Assembly (NCBI GenBank): GCA_951406725.2
Contig: OX597816.1
Location: 21,204,001-21,268,000 of the forward strand
DNA: 64,000 nucleotides
Source of the DNA: Octopus vulgaris
Taxonomy: Eukaryota
Reading direction: 5' to 3'
Under the pieces are notes generated by a model. It had not been told where the DNA came from and made no database searches. It saw only the letters and a list, made by a program, of their open reading frames with translations. Each line of letters opens with the position of its first letter. Position 1 is the first letter of the stretch. A program made the position numbers and the translations under genes. Shown here in pieces: positions 12,695 to 25,310 of this stretch.

Positions 12695-13430
12695 GTCTGT
12701 GTATGTGTTTGTATGTGTGTGTGTGTTGATGTATTTGTATGTGTGTGTGTGTTGATGTGTTTCTATGTGTGTGTGTTTGTATGTGTGTGTGTGTTGATGT
12801 GTTTCTATGTGTGTGTGTGTTGATGTGTTTCTATGTGTGTGTGTGTTGATGTGTTTGTATGTGTGTGTGTTTGTATGTGTGTGTGTGTTGATGTGTTTCT
12901 ATGTGTGTGTGTGTTGATGTGTTTCTATGTGTGTGTGTTTGTATGTGTGTGTGTGTTGATGTGTTTCTATGTGTGTGTGTGTTGATGTGTTTCTATGTGT
13001 GTGTGTTTGTATGTGTGTGTGTGTTGATGTGTTTCTATGTGTGTGTGTGTTGATGTGTTTCTATGTGTGTGTGTGTTGATGTGTTTGTATGTGTGTGTGT
13101 TTGTATGTGTGTGTGTGTTGATGTGTTTCTATGTGTGTGTGTGTTTGTATGTGTGTGTGTGTGTTGATGTGTTTCTATGTGTGTGTGTTTGTATGTGTGT
13201 GTGTGTTGATCTGTTTCTATGTGTGTGTATTTGTATGTGTGTGTGTGTTGATGTGTTTGTATGTGTGTGTGTTTGTATGTGTGTGTGTGTTGATGTGTTT
13301 CTATGTGTGTGTGTTTGTATGTGTGTGTGTGTTGATGTGTTTGTATGTGTGCGTGTGTTGATGTGATTGTATGTGTGTGTGTGTTGATGTGTTTCTATGT
13401 GTGTGTGTTTGTATGTGTGCGTGTGTTGAT
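12695..13430. repeat. GT-rich compound minisatellite (units ~GTGTGTGTGTTGATGTGTTTCTAT and GTGTGTGTGTTTGTAT)
   Basis: Direct reading: about 24-bp and 16-bp units interspersed over ~735 bp. Confidence 0.95.
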
Positions 13431-14039
13431 AACAACCTAGAAGCCGACGTATCTTTAGGAATTATGCTTCTTGATGTTCATGCAAAACCCTAATGCTTGC
13501 TTAGGTGAAAAGGGAAATGAATATAAAACATGCATAACTTACAATAACATTGTCTTTAATAGGATTGCATCAAATCAATAGAAAATATAATGTTTCTAAA
13601 CTATGAGTTGTTTCTGAGAACAATTTGGTATATTTGGAAACAAAGGTATTATTTAGTCAAAAGCAACAGACAGAAAACAAGAACAGTATTGAATGTAGAG
13701 GGTTTCAACAATAGAATTTACCAGACCAACTCCCCACCTGTATTGTTCCTGTGAATACTAAACCACAGGAAACGTAATTTTATATATGTGGTAGATATAG
13801 TTATGCGTGTGTGTGTGTATGTGTGTGTGTGTGTGTGTTTAATAGTGAATTATGTAATATGGATATCAGGGAAGACGGCAACCATTCACATACAATGAAT
13901 TTTGTGGTAGTCAATGGGATCATATTATTTTTATGTTTATATACAAAGGAATCACTATTGTTATCGATATCAGTGAAAATAATATCAAATTAAGTAAAAA
14001 TGTATGAAAATTGATACCTTGGAGGTTAACCTATAATAT

Positions 14040-14605
14040 TGGTTTCAAATTTTGGCACAAGGCCAGCAATTTCAGGGGTGGAAGTAAGTTTGAACTCAGA
14101 ACGTAAAGATGGACGAAATGCCACTAAGCATTTTGCTCAGTATGTTAACGATTCTGCCAGCTCGCAGCCTTTAAGAGTAACCTAAAATACTGAATTCAAA
14201 TTATGGCACAAGGCCAGCAATTAAGCTTATTACATCACCCCCAGTGTCTAACAGGTGCTTATTTTTATCAACTCTGAAAAGATGAAAAGCAAAGTCAACC
14301 TCGGTCAAATTTGAACTCAGAACCGTTAAGTATTATATTTGGCATGCTAACTCTTCTGCCAACTCATTGCTTTAAGGGTAACCTAAAATATCAATAATAA
14401 TCTTTGCTATTCTAGACACAAGGTCTGAAATTTTGGGGGAGGGGGCCAATAGATTACATCAACCCCAGTATAGAACTGGAACTTAATTTATGAACCTAGA
14501 AAAGATGTAAGGCAAAGTTGACCTCAGTGAAATTTGAACTCAGAATATAAAGACAGACGAAAATACCACTAAGCATTTTGCCCGGCATGTTAAAATTTCT
14601 GCCTT
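14040..14605 (-). mobile_element. Three tandem partial SINE family A copies
   Basis: Repeated CACAAGG...TTTGAACTCAGAA blocks separated by AACCTAAAATA-like repeats. Confidence 0.75.
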
Positions 14606-14627
14606 GAAATATCAATAATAATATAAT

Positions 14628-14957
14628 GCTGAGATACCCCCTTCGGTCATGACTGACCATGGGATTGCACCTAGGAAGTTACCTTTCCAGGCACAAGTCC
14701 GGGCAAGGTTGTTTATGGAAGACCAGCAGTCATCCATGCATACCGGCCTCCCCTCTCCACGCCACCAGTGTTATCCAAGGGAAAGGAAACGGCCGATACA
14801 GCACCTGTGACATCGCAACTCATTTCTACTTTGAGAGAACTGGAACAATATGAAATAAAGTGTCTTGCTCAAGAACACAACATGCAGCTCAGTCCGGGAT
14901 TCAAACTCACAACCTCATGATCGTAAGCTCAATGCTCTAACCACTGAGCCATGCACT
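14628..14957 (-). mobile_element. tRNA-derived SINE (family D)
   Basis: Minus strand begins GTGCATGGCTCAGTGGTTAGAGC...GAGTTTGAATCCC (A and B boxes), then TGTGTTCTTGAGCAAGACACTT. The 3' part recurs at ~50775-50930. Confidence 0.75.
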
Positions 14958-15056
14958 TTCAATAATATAATATTAATGTCAATTAGAATGAGGTATAGAA
15001 AAAATTTCACAAGTTTGAAAAAGCTGTACAAAATGCTTTATACTTTAATAAATAAA

Positions 15057-15465
15057 GGCACAGGAGTGACTGTGTGGTAAGAAGCTTGCTTACCAACCAC
15101 ATGGTTGCGGGTTCAGTCCCACTGCATGGCACCTTGGGCAAGTGTTTTCTAATATATCCCTGAGCCGACCAAAGCCTTGCGTGTGGATTTGATAGACGGA
15201 AACTGTAAGAAGCCCATCGTATATATGTATATGTATATATGTGTGTGTGTGTGTGTGTTTGTGCTTGTCCCCGCCTCTTCATCACCTGACAACTTATGCT
15301 GGTGTGTTTATATCCCGTGACATAGCAGTTCAGCAAAAAAAGACCAATAGAATAAGTACTAGGCTTACAAAGACTAAGTCCTGGAGTTGATTTGCTTGAC
15401 TACAGGTGGTGCTCAGCATGGTCACAATCAAATGACTGAAACAAGTAAAAGAGTAAAAGAGTAAA
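15057..15465 (+). mobile_element. SINE family B
   Basis: Colinear with 1801-2218. Confidence 0.88.
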
Positions 15466-16191
15466 ATGTTCATATCATGCGTAACAAATAATATATTTTA
15501 CAGGATGTTGTCATATCGGTTATATATGTGTATATCATATGTTATTATTTAGAACCATTGCGATATGTTATAATCATTTAACTCAAGGAACGTATAAGAT
15601 GTCAAATTAAATGAAAGTGTGTAGAAGTGAATGTAAGCTAGAATATAAATTATTAAGTGGTAAATTTAAAGTGAATTAAAATAAAATAGAGTTATGAAAA
15701 GGGGATAGTAGAAATGATAAATGGATGTTAGAAATTTGAATGAGTAGATTCAGGAGATAATATAATCTGAAATGATTATTGGGTATGAGAAAATAATTAG
15801 GGCAGTTTTGAGGTGGTTATTAAATAAATTGTGATAACATTAAGTACGTCAATATAAAAATGAATGGAATTTAATAAATTTATAGTTTGACAATTTAATA
15901 ATTAAATATGAAGAATTAGAGAGGGAGTAAACTGAGATTATATTTTAAACCACTAAATTTAATTAGTAAAAATGTGGGCCTCTAGCAGAGTCTAAGTTCT
16001 CAGTTTGTCAGTTATTAATGTGTGCGTTCTTTGTGATATTCTAATATAGTTGGAAAGCTGTAATGATGAAGAAAGAAACTGCTGTTAGAATAGTATTGTT
16101 GGTGCCTACAATGAACTTTGGACTGGGTAAATTTTCTTTAACCCTCCCCCTCCTCCTCCTCCTCTTCCTCATCATCATCACCATCATCATA

Positions 16192-16424
16192 CTCTTTTAC
16201 TCTTTTACTGGTTTCAGTCAGTTGACTGTAGCCATGCTGGAGCACTGTCTTTAGTCGAGCAGATCGACCCCAGGACTTATTCTTTGGAAGCCTAGTACTT
16301 ATTCTATCGGTATCTTTTGCTGAACCACTAAGTTACAGGGGACGTAAATGCACCAGCATCGGTTGTCAAGTGATGTTGGGGGGGCAAACACAGACACACA
16401 AACATATACACACAAATAGATATG

Positions 16425-16472
<48 letters not shown>

Positions 16473-16640
16473 TACGACGGGCTTCTTTCAGTTTCTGTCT
16501 ACCAAATCCACTCACAAGGCTTTGGTCAGCCCGAAGCTATAGTAGAAGACACTTGCCAAAGATGCCATGCAGTGGAACTGAACCCAGAACCATATGGTTA
16601 GTAAGCAAGCTACTTACCACACAGCCACTCCTACACCTAT
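16192..16640 (-). mobile_element. SINE family B
   Basis: Reverse complement of the family consensus. Confidence 0.88.
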
Positions 16641-16974
16641 ACCTTTTCATAACACAGTAGTCTTTTGACTATCACAGGTGTTACATTCCAAAACCTCCCA
16701 CAGAAATAATTAACCTCTAAAAAAATATAAGTGCTTATTGGCAAACATATATTTAAATGTTACTAGCCTTCTGACATGCACTCATTCAAATAGGTACCCC
16801 ACATTAACCAACATATCCTTTGCCACAGGTCTTCTACTCAAGCATAGGATATTGCCAAAGGTCCTGGTCATTTGTCAGTGCCTACATGAGGCCCAGTGCT
16901 TGAAAGGTCCTTTTGATGTGCCACTGGCACATTGTTTTATATTTTTTTTTCTGTTTTTGCTTTTCTTTGTGCCA

Positions 16975-17445
16975 GTCCCACTGTGTGGCACCTTGGACAA
17001 TTATCTTCTACTATAGCATCATGCCATCCAAAGCCTTGTGAGTGAATATGGTAGATGGAAACTAAAAGAAGCCTGTCATATATATGTATATATATATATG
17101 TATGTGTGTGTTTCTGTCTACCAAATCCACTCACAAGGCTTTGGTCAGCCCGAGGCTATAGTAGAAGACATTTGTCCAAGGTGCCATGCAGTGGGACTGA
17201 ACCCAGAACCATGTGGTTGGTAAGCAAGCTACTTTGGGTGTCTGTGTTTGTTCCCCCAACATCACTTGACAACCGATGCTGGTGTGTTTACGTCCCCGTA
17301 ACTTAGTGGTTTGGCAAAAGAGACCGATGGAATAAATACTGGGCTTACAAAGAATAACTCCTGGGATCGATTTGCTCGACTAAAGGCGGTGCTCCAGCAT
17401 GGCTGCAGTCAAATGACTGAAACAAGTAAAAGAGTAAAAGAGTAA
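16975..17445 (+). mobile_element. SINE family B with an inverted 5' half inserted at its microsatellite
   Basis: + head at 16975-17110, - head at ~17110-17233, + tail at ~17237-17445. Confidence 0.8.
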
Positions 17446-17716
17446 GTTTTTTTCTTATTTCTCTGCAAGCAGAACTGAGAACCAAAACCAGCAACAATGG
17501 GGTAACATCTATAATATAATATATCACAGCAAGCTATAGATCCTACAAACTCGTTATCTTGAATCCCATTGCAAATCATTAAACTTCCTTTCCTCACTTC
17601 ATTTAATACTCAACCCATGTTACAATTTAAACTCGCAACAGAATGAACAGCACAAGAAAACAAAAGCCATTAAAACTAAATTCTCCTTGTATAAAATAAA
17701 ATGTACTGTTTTATTG

Positions 17717-17873
17717 TGTGGCTGTTTGGTAAATAGCTTGCTAACCAACCACATGGTTCCGGGTTCAGTCCCACTGCGTGGCATCTTGGGCAAGTGTCTT
17801 CTGCTATAGCCTCGGGCCGACCAAAGCCTTGTGAGTGGATTTGGTAGACGGAAACTGAAAGAAGCCCGTCGTA

Positions 17874-17910
<37 letters not shown>

Positions 17911-18151
17911 TGTGTGAATATGTTTGTGTGTCTGTGTTTGTTCCCCTAGCATTGCTTGACAACCGATGCTGGTGTGTTTACGTCCCCGTAACTTAGCGGT
18001 TCGGCAAAAGAGACCGATAGAATAAGTCCTGGGCTTACAAAGAATAAGTCCCGGGGTCGATTTGCTCGACTAAAGGCGGTGCTCCAGCATGGCCGCAGTC
18101 AAATGACTGAAACAAGTAAAAAGAGTAAAAAGAGTAAAGAGTAAAGAGAGT
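17717..18151 (+). mobile_element. SINE family B (very close to consensus)
   Basis: Near-identical to 1801-2218. Confidence 0.9.
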
Positions 18152-18785
18152 ACTAATGTACAAACTTATAAAATACAGTTTTATTTTCGTATTCAAAAGA
18201 CTGTAACATTTTTTTGACTATAAAGAAAATAACAAAATGTATTTACTTCTGTTTAAATTTCCACAGCTAATGTTTAAAAACTATATTTTAACTATCATAT
18301 TTCTCAGGTTTACTAAATAATGCTGTGTTGTGTATAAATATTAATTGATTACACTATGGTATGCCTATTAATCTAGCCATTACAGCTAAGTTTGGTTTGT
18401 TTGTTATATAAGGTTATTTTCCTTGAGCCCTTATCATGAGCATTGGAAAGAGTGTCCCATAAAAAGTTATCAATGCTTAATGAAATACTTCAGCACAATC
18501 TCCCATTATGTTTTCTGTGTTTAAAGATATCAACATTAAGTATTCACATTAGCTCAAAGTTCCTCAGCTAAGAGCTTAGAAACAGTTGTTTAACTACTTA
18601 AAATGTATCTTAAGTTTTCTACTACACACTATGTGCATAAATATCAGAAAAGTTTTATATATTTGGAAATATAAATAATAGATTTAAAAAGTTTAAATGT
18701 TCAAATTATCTTGTAGCAAGGATATTTGGCATTCCTAAAATGCCTTGAAATTGAACCTGAATCACTGTTTCTAATGACAAAGCAG

Positions 18786-19588
18786 CTAAACAACATGATC
18801 CTGATTCACTCAAATATTCATGAAGTCATCAAAAAAACTGACCACTCAGCACACATGCTAAACAGGATCTCATTAAACAGTTTAATATTTGGTACACTTA
18901 TCTTTTTATAAGATTAGTTATATATTTAGTGTGTTTAAGTCACAAAGAGAGTGGAGCTGTGTCTGTAACAATCAAGACAATGAATAATGAGAATGGTAAA
19001 ATAAATGATGATGGTGGCAGCAACCTCACAGCATAAACACCTATTGCAATTTCTGATTCAAACAAATAAGCACTGCAACCTTACCTTTCAACAACATGGC
19101 AACTGTCATTATCAACTGCTGCAAGATTATTATACACAAACTTCAAATTAACTTAATGTAAATTCCTTTTCTGCCATTCATGGTACAACTAAACAACAAG
19201 ATCCTGATTCACTCCAATATACATGAAGTCATGAAAAAAAATGACCACTCAGCACACAAGTTAAACAGGATCTCATTAAACAGTTTAATATTTGGTACAC
19301 TTGTTTTTTATAAGATCAGTTATATATTTAGTGTGTTTAAGTCACAAAGAGAGTGGAGCTGTGTCTGTAACAATCAAGACAATGAATAATGAGAATGGTA
19401 CAATAAAGGATGATGGCGGCAGCAAAAACACAGCATCAACACCCATTACAATTTGTGATTCAAACAAAGCAGCACTGCAGCCTTACCTTTCAACAACATG
19501 GCAACTGTCATTCTCAACTGCCGCAAGATTATTATACACAAACTTCGAATTAACTTAATGTAAATTCCTTTTCTGTCATTGATGGTAA
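18786..19588. repeat. Tandem duplication, ~403-bp unit x2
   Basis: CTAAACAACA.GATCCTGATTCACTC starts at 18786 and 19189. The two copies stay colinear to TTCCTTTTCTG.CATT.ATGGTA. Confidence 0.92.
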
Positions 19589-20509
19589 TGGTAATATATA
19601 GTTAACAATATAACTACATTGCATTTAGAATCGCAATGAAATTTGTGTTCTTCCTATCAACTTTGACTCAGCCAAATCACCACATTGATGACACACAGGC
19701 AGAAATACCTTATAGTTACAATCCTTTCTATGCAAGATTCAGCTAATGCTGAGTATCAATTAAGTAATTGGAAATTGTTAAATAAAATTCCTTAGGTTTC
19801 TGGAAATACAAAGCTTTCAATGATTTTATATTCATTGTGTAAAGTTTTACGAACAGAATTTTCTATTTCATATTAAGATACAATTGAATTTAAATTCCAA
19901 ATATGGTTCCATAGAGAGATATTCACTTTTCTTGCTTTCATTTTCTAAATGTGAATGTGGAGAAAATTGTTCGACAAACTAGGAACCGAATCGGTATGTG
20001 AATTTGATGTTGTATTAGTACTGATCGTGGCACAATGCATTAAATTCTTTGGCCTTACAATTTGATGCTGGTACAATTACAGTTATATATCATCATCATC
20101 GTCATCATCATCTTCATTGTCGTCATCGTTTAACATCTGCTCGCCATGCTGACATCGATTGGACAGTTTGAAAAATGGAGATGGCTAGCAGTGTCAACTG
20201 TCGGTTGTAGCATGGTTTCTACTGCTAGATCCCTTTCTAATATCAGGAGTCACCAAACTTTTTCACAGCAGGAGAGATAATTGGGAAAATGACAAACATG
20301 GGCCACAATAACCATTTTGTTCAATACGATACAGTGAATGATCAAAAAAATAATGACAACCAACAAATTTATTTACCAAAATGTTATCAAAAAAGGTGAC
20401 ATTAACAATAAGGTATATCACACCCATTGTGAACACATCCGGATCTCACAAACTAAGCAGCTAAAAATATTAGTGAGATTTATGAAATTGGCATTTAGCC
20501 TTTAAGATA

Positions 20510-20775
20510 TCTCTCTTTTTTACTCTTTTACTTGTTTCAGTCATTTGACTGTGGCCATGTTGGAGCACCGCCTTTAGTCGAGCAAATCGATCCTAGGTCT
20601 TATTCTTTTCAAGCCTAGTACTTATTCTATCGGTCTCTTTTGCCAAACTGCTAAGTTATGGGGATGTGAACACACCAGCATCGGTTGTCATGCGATGTTG
20701 GGGAGACAAATACAGACACACAAACATATATACATACATACCTATATATCATCATCATCGTTTAACATCCATATG

Positions 20776-20815
<40 letters not shown>

Positions 20816-20982
20816 TATGCGACGGGCTTCTTTCAGTTTCCGTCTACCAAATCGACTCACAAGGCTTTGGTCGGCTCGAGGCTATAGTAGAAGACACTTG
20901 CCCAAGGTGCCATGCAGTGGGACTGAATCCAGAACCATGTGGTTCATAAGCAAGCTACTTACCACACAGCCACTCCTGCACC
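20510..20982 (-). mobile_element. SINE family B
   Basis: Reverse complement of the consensus, with a short C-tail fragment inside the microsatellite. Confidence 0.85.
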
Positions 20983-21640
20983 TATCAATATTTGTTTTGG
21001 AATTGCTGCATCCAACCAAGAGAATTGCTTTCAAATGTTCATCAGTCAACCTCGTTCAATGGGCTCATTTCACATACTTCATTTTTGCAAATGCTTTCTC
21101 ACAGACATAGGTCATTCCAGACACTGATGCCATACCAGAGGTAAATTTCTTCAACTTTGAAAATTCATCATCAGGTAAACAGCGATAAAATTCAATAAGT
21201 TTTCATTCTCTATGCTTCTTTTTCAATAAGTTATTCACATGCAAATCAATGAACACTAACAGTAGTTCGATTGGCACATCGTCAAGGTTACAAATAAATG
21301 GATTCTGTAACAGAAGAATGTCACTCTCAATTCTGTTGAGATCTGAAAATCACTCCAAAAAAATGCTTATTGAAGTCACAAATAATCTTCTAAGAAAACT
21401 CAAGGTTAACATCTGTAATTCCAGCAAAAAACCCTTTGAAACACTGAAAATGAGAGAAGTTCCCTCCTTCCAGTTGTGCTTCAAACAATGGTATCTTTCT
21501 CCAAAATCCTTTGATGATTCTGTAGAGATCACAGATAAGGTTATTCTTTTCCTGAAGTTTCAAGTTCAATTCATTCATGTAGGATGTGATGTCAACCAAA
21601 GAAGCAACTCATTCCAGCGAAGGATTGATCGCAGTCTTCT
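20983..21640 (-). pseudogene. hAT (Charlie/SPIN, GTF2IRD2-like) transposase C-terminal relic
   Basis: LVDITSYMNELNLKLQEKNNLICDLYRIIKGF, and downstream EFYRCLPDDEFSKLKKF...TYVCEKAFAKMKYVK*..*TRLTDEHL, which matches the hAT dimerisation motif. Stops and frameshifts are present. Confidence 0.85.
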
Positions 21641-21829
21641 ACAGCTCCACTTCATAATCTGAATTGAGCCTAAGACTCTGCTCCGGAAGCTGTTGGATAA
21701 AAGCCAACATGCAGACACAATCAGAACACCTTTTGTGTTCATTCACATTGGCCATAGTTTTGTAGTTTCCGCTGCAGCTCTTGATGTCCCAACTTGATAC
21801 CTGGCATAGAGTTACCGGCATATAAATTC

Positions 21830-22115
21830 TGAGAATTCATCTATGAAGCAATTGCCACAGCTCCCCTTCAGGGTTGGCAAAAGCGATGTGGTGGACAACG
21901 AAAACCTGGCTGATGACAGTCAAGGCTGATCTGGAATCCAACCTGGGGCCCCATGTCTATGGCGTTCGCTGCTGGAATAAGGAGTGGTTGGAGATCATGT
22001 GGTCGTTAGCCTCAAATCGCCAAGTCTGGTCGGCATTTGTGAGAGATGCAGCATTGAAAATGAATGAAGCCAGCTCAACCCACCCCGGGTGAATACTGGC
22101 TCAAGACAAGACAAG
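21830..22115 (+). mobile_element. RTE LINE, 5'-truncated copy with 10-bp TSD
   Basis: Homologous to 2842-3130, with a (CAAGA)n tail. TSD ATATAAATTC at 21820-21829 and 22116-22125. Confidence 0.88.
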
Positions 22116-22459
22116 ATATAAATTCCCCACTTGGATGGGACACAAGTCCATCTCAAGATTACTTATTTTTGCCAGATCTGTATGAAGCTGGCCTCCCATC
22201 TTCCCCAAGTCATAGTCCTGCAAATTGCAAAGCAAATTCAACAGTACAGGTGACACATAGAAAACCACCCAGTCCATGTTGTAAATTGGCTGGCATTAGG
22301 AAGAACACCCTACCATAAAAATACATACCAAAACAGACTTTGGAGCTCCATGTAGCCTTTGGAGACATTGGTTTCTTGCAAGCCATCCAATTCAAACCAT
22401 ACCAGCATGGAACATTTATGTTAAAGGATGATGAGGAATTATAAATATATAATATAAAT

Positions 22460-22880
22460 AGGCGTAGGAGTGGCTGTGTGGTAAGTAGCTTGCTTACATA
22501 CCACATGGTTCCGGGTTCGGTCCCACTGTGTGGCACAATGGGCAAGTCTCTGCTACTATAGCCTCGGGCCTACCAAAGCCTTGTGAGTGGATTTGGTAGA
22601 CGGAAATTGAAACAAGCCCATCGTATATATGTATATATATATATATGTGTTTGTATGTGTGTGTATATGTTTGTGTGTCTGAGTCTGTCCCACCAACATC
22701 GCTTGACAACTGATGCTGGTGTGTTTATGTCCCCGTAACTTAGCGGTTCAGCAAAAGAGACCAATAGAATAAGTACTAGGCTTACAAAGAATAAGTTCTG
22801 GGGTCAATTTGCTCGACTAAAGGCGGTGCCCCAGCATGGCCACAGTCAAATGACTGAAACAAGTAAAGAGTAAAAGAGTA
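22460..22880 (+). mobile_element. SINE family B
   Basis: Colinear with the consensus. Confidence 0.88.
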
Positions 22881-23020
22881 TATAAGCTGTGTTACATACG
22901 AAGGATCCGGCCATTGAAGATATATTAATGTCAAATGGAAATATTATTTTGGATCTATATCCAAACACTGTAGTGATAGAAGAGAATAGGCACTCCAGCT
23001 ATTTCTCATTTTATTTATAA

Positions 23021-23415
23021 CTAGCAGTATCGCCCGGCGTTGCTCGGGTTTGTAAGGGAAATAACTATATAAGCATTTTTAGAGATGTAAAGTATAATAG
23101 CCATCTCAATATGGCTAACCACAAAGGTGGGGTGTTACTGTAGCTTTTTACGTTCTGAGATCTTATAATAAAGTTTTAGAGAGTTACTTCCCTTATATAT
23201 GCCAAAAATGCATTAAAAATGGGAAAAATTGATGGTAAATTTTCTTTTTATTGTAGACTCATCGTAGACGCGCGCTAATACCCAGAAGTGCTCGATATGA
23301 ATCATGACTATAAGATACCCGGTTTTTCTTAAACTGCACTGCAAAATGTGGGAGTAATTAGGAATCTAAATCGTAGGAGACAGACAGCACACAACCTCAC
23401 TTTTATATATAAAGA
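23021..23415 (-). mobile_element. Non-autonomous Helitron
   Basis: Minus strand starts TCTTTATATATAAAA. It ends with the hairpin CCCGAGCAACGCCGGG, then CGATACTG, then CTAG followed by T. No TSD. Confidence 0.75.
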
Positions 23416-24178
23416 AGAATGTAAAATTATATTGCTATTTATGTATTTTATCTTAGAAATAGGTTGATTTTTCTACCGATATACAAATAGATTGATGTAA
23501 TGAATTTAATGAAAATTAATTTAGATAAAAATATTAGCAAATTTTGTTGTTATTGATATTTTAATAGTTGGATTTATGTTTACAATTAACATATTTAAAA
23601 TTATATAAAAAAGAAATACATGTATTTTCACATTACAAATAGCATGAGATATTCTTCTAATATAGTTTTATACAAAATTTCTCAAACACATTTTAGTCAT
23701 TTTTAGTAATTTTTCCTTGCTACATCGGTTATAAACTAGAAACTTTATTTCTCAAATCTGAATGCTTCCCTACGTAATTCTATAAATGGTTAGAATCTTT
23801 ACAATCACATTCTTATTAAACTCACCTTATACTAAGATTTTCTCCCAAATTTCACCCAAAGCATAACTAATATTTCTTCATATTTCTTCTCATTAAATGC
23901 ATGCTGAACAAAACTTTCGCCCTTACTGTTTCCTCGTTATTTTTTTCATCAGTGATCAGCGATTACAAGGGTCGTTCACTTGTCTTATATCCCTAATTTA
24001 TATATGTAAGATAAACATGGAATTTATCCACATTTTGGAAAGGTTTACTTGGCAAAACTTCAAATGTTGTAATCGTCTTCAAAAATAAACAGTCAACACT
24101 CCATCAAGATATGTGGCAATATCCAATTTTGTATTTGTATCTGGAGATAAAATATCTACCAATTTGCCAATGTGTGTA

Positions 24179-24209
<31 letters not shown>

Positions 24210-24689
24210 ATACATACATATATAAATACACACATACATAAATACATATGTGTGTACACATAAAAGTGTTTGGGGCATATGGCCAAGCTTAGAAATTTCA
24301 AATGACCTAAATATTGGAATGCTAAATATTTGAGAAACTAAATAATCAGAACATTAGATTTTGAAATAAATTGAAGGAAAAGTGTAGTCTTTGAAATATT
24401 TAGTTTACTCTTTTTATTATGCTACATCAATATAACCATTTAAGAGTGAATAAGAAAAGGGGTAGCCCTAAAAAACATACTGTGTTAAGATGGAGTTTAT
24501 TTGAAACACATGCAACATTTAAGTTCGATATGTTCTGTCGAAATGGTAGAATCGTGAGTATATCAGAAAAATTGATTAGCGACATATTTCCAGCTCCTTG
24601 CTTTCTGAGTTCAAATCCTGCCAAGATCAATTTTGCTTTTCCTCGTCTTGAGGTTGATATAATAAAATATAATATAATAAAATATCCAA

Positions 24690-25085
24690 ACTCGTGCATT
24701 TGCTGTGAACAGGAATTTATCTTCTCTCTTCGCTCCTTTGCACCACATGAGCTCAGCACCCTTCTTCTCTTCATCTAACTCTCCTTCTCTCCTCTCTTCC
24801 TGTGACGCCTACTTCCTCTCTTCACTCGTACCAACCTTCTTTCTTCATTGATATCACACATCCCACCCATACACCACACCTCCACCCCTCACCTTCCTGC
24901 CCCACCTACATCCCCTTACCCACCCCTACTCTCTATCTATACCAATAGAGAAATAGGTCTGGAAATAGCTGAACACCAAGCTGGCTTAACTGATGATGGC
25001 AATGGAAATTGCTGAAACTGATGCATCAGTCTTAAAAACTCTTGCTCGGCATTTTTTAGACCATTATGGTTCCTCTTAGTATATG
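24690..25085 (+). mobile_element. Penelope-like element 3' end / pLTR
   Basis: EQEFIFSLRSFAPHELS (24706-24756) matches the GIY-YIG C-terminal REQ..IF.L.T..P.GLN motif. A pyrimidine-rich tract and a hammerhead ribozyme follow. Confidence 0.7.
24986..25035 (+). ncRNA. Type I hammerhead ribozyme, intact core
   Basis: TTAA-CTGATGA-T-GGCAAT(GGAA)ATTGCT-GAA-ACTGATGCATCAGT-C-TTAA. Helix I is TTAA/TTAA, helix II has a GNRA loop, helix III is a perfect palindrome, and the cleavage triplet is GUC (cut after 25031). Confidence 0.88.
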
Positions 25086-25094
25086 TTTCTATTC

Positions 25095-25310
25095 GTGTGT
25101 CTGTGTTTGTCCCCTTAGCATTGCTTGACAACCGATGCTGGTGTGTTTATGTCCCCGTCACTTAGCGGTTCGGCAAAAGAGACCGATAGAATAAGTACTG
25201 GGCTTACAAAGAATAAGTCCCAGGGTCGATTTGCTCGACTAAAGGCGGTGCTCCAGCATGACCGCAGTCAAAATGACTGAAACAAGTAAAAGAGTAAAGA
25301 GTAGAGAGTA
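25095..25310 (+). mobile_element. SINE family B, 3' half
   Basis: Matches the consensus tail. Confidence 0.85.

Noticed and set aside
21140-21180. CTGATGA...GAAA on the minus strand
   Set aside because: Lies in hAT transposase coding sequence (LPDDEFSKLKK) with no supporting helices.
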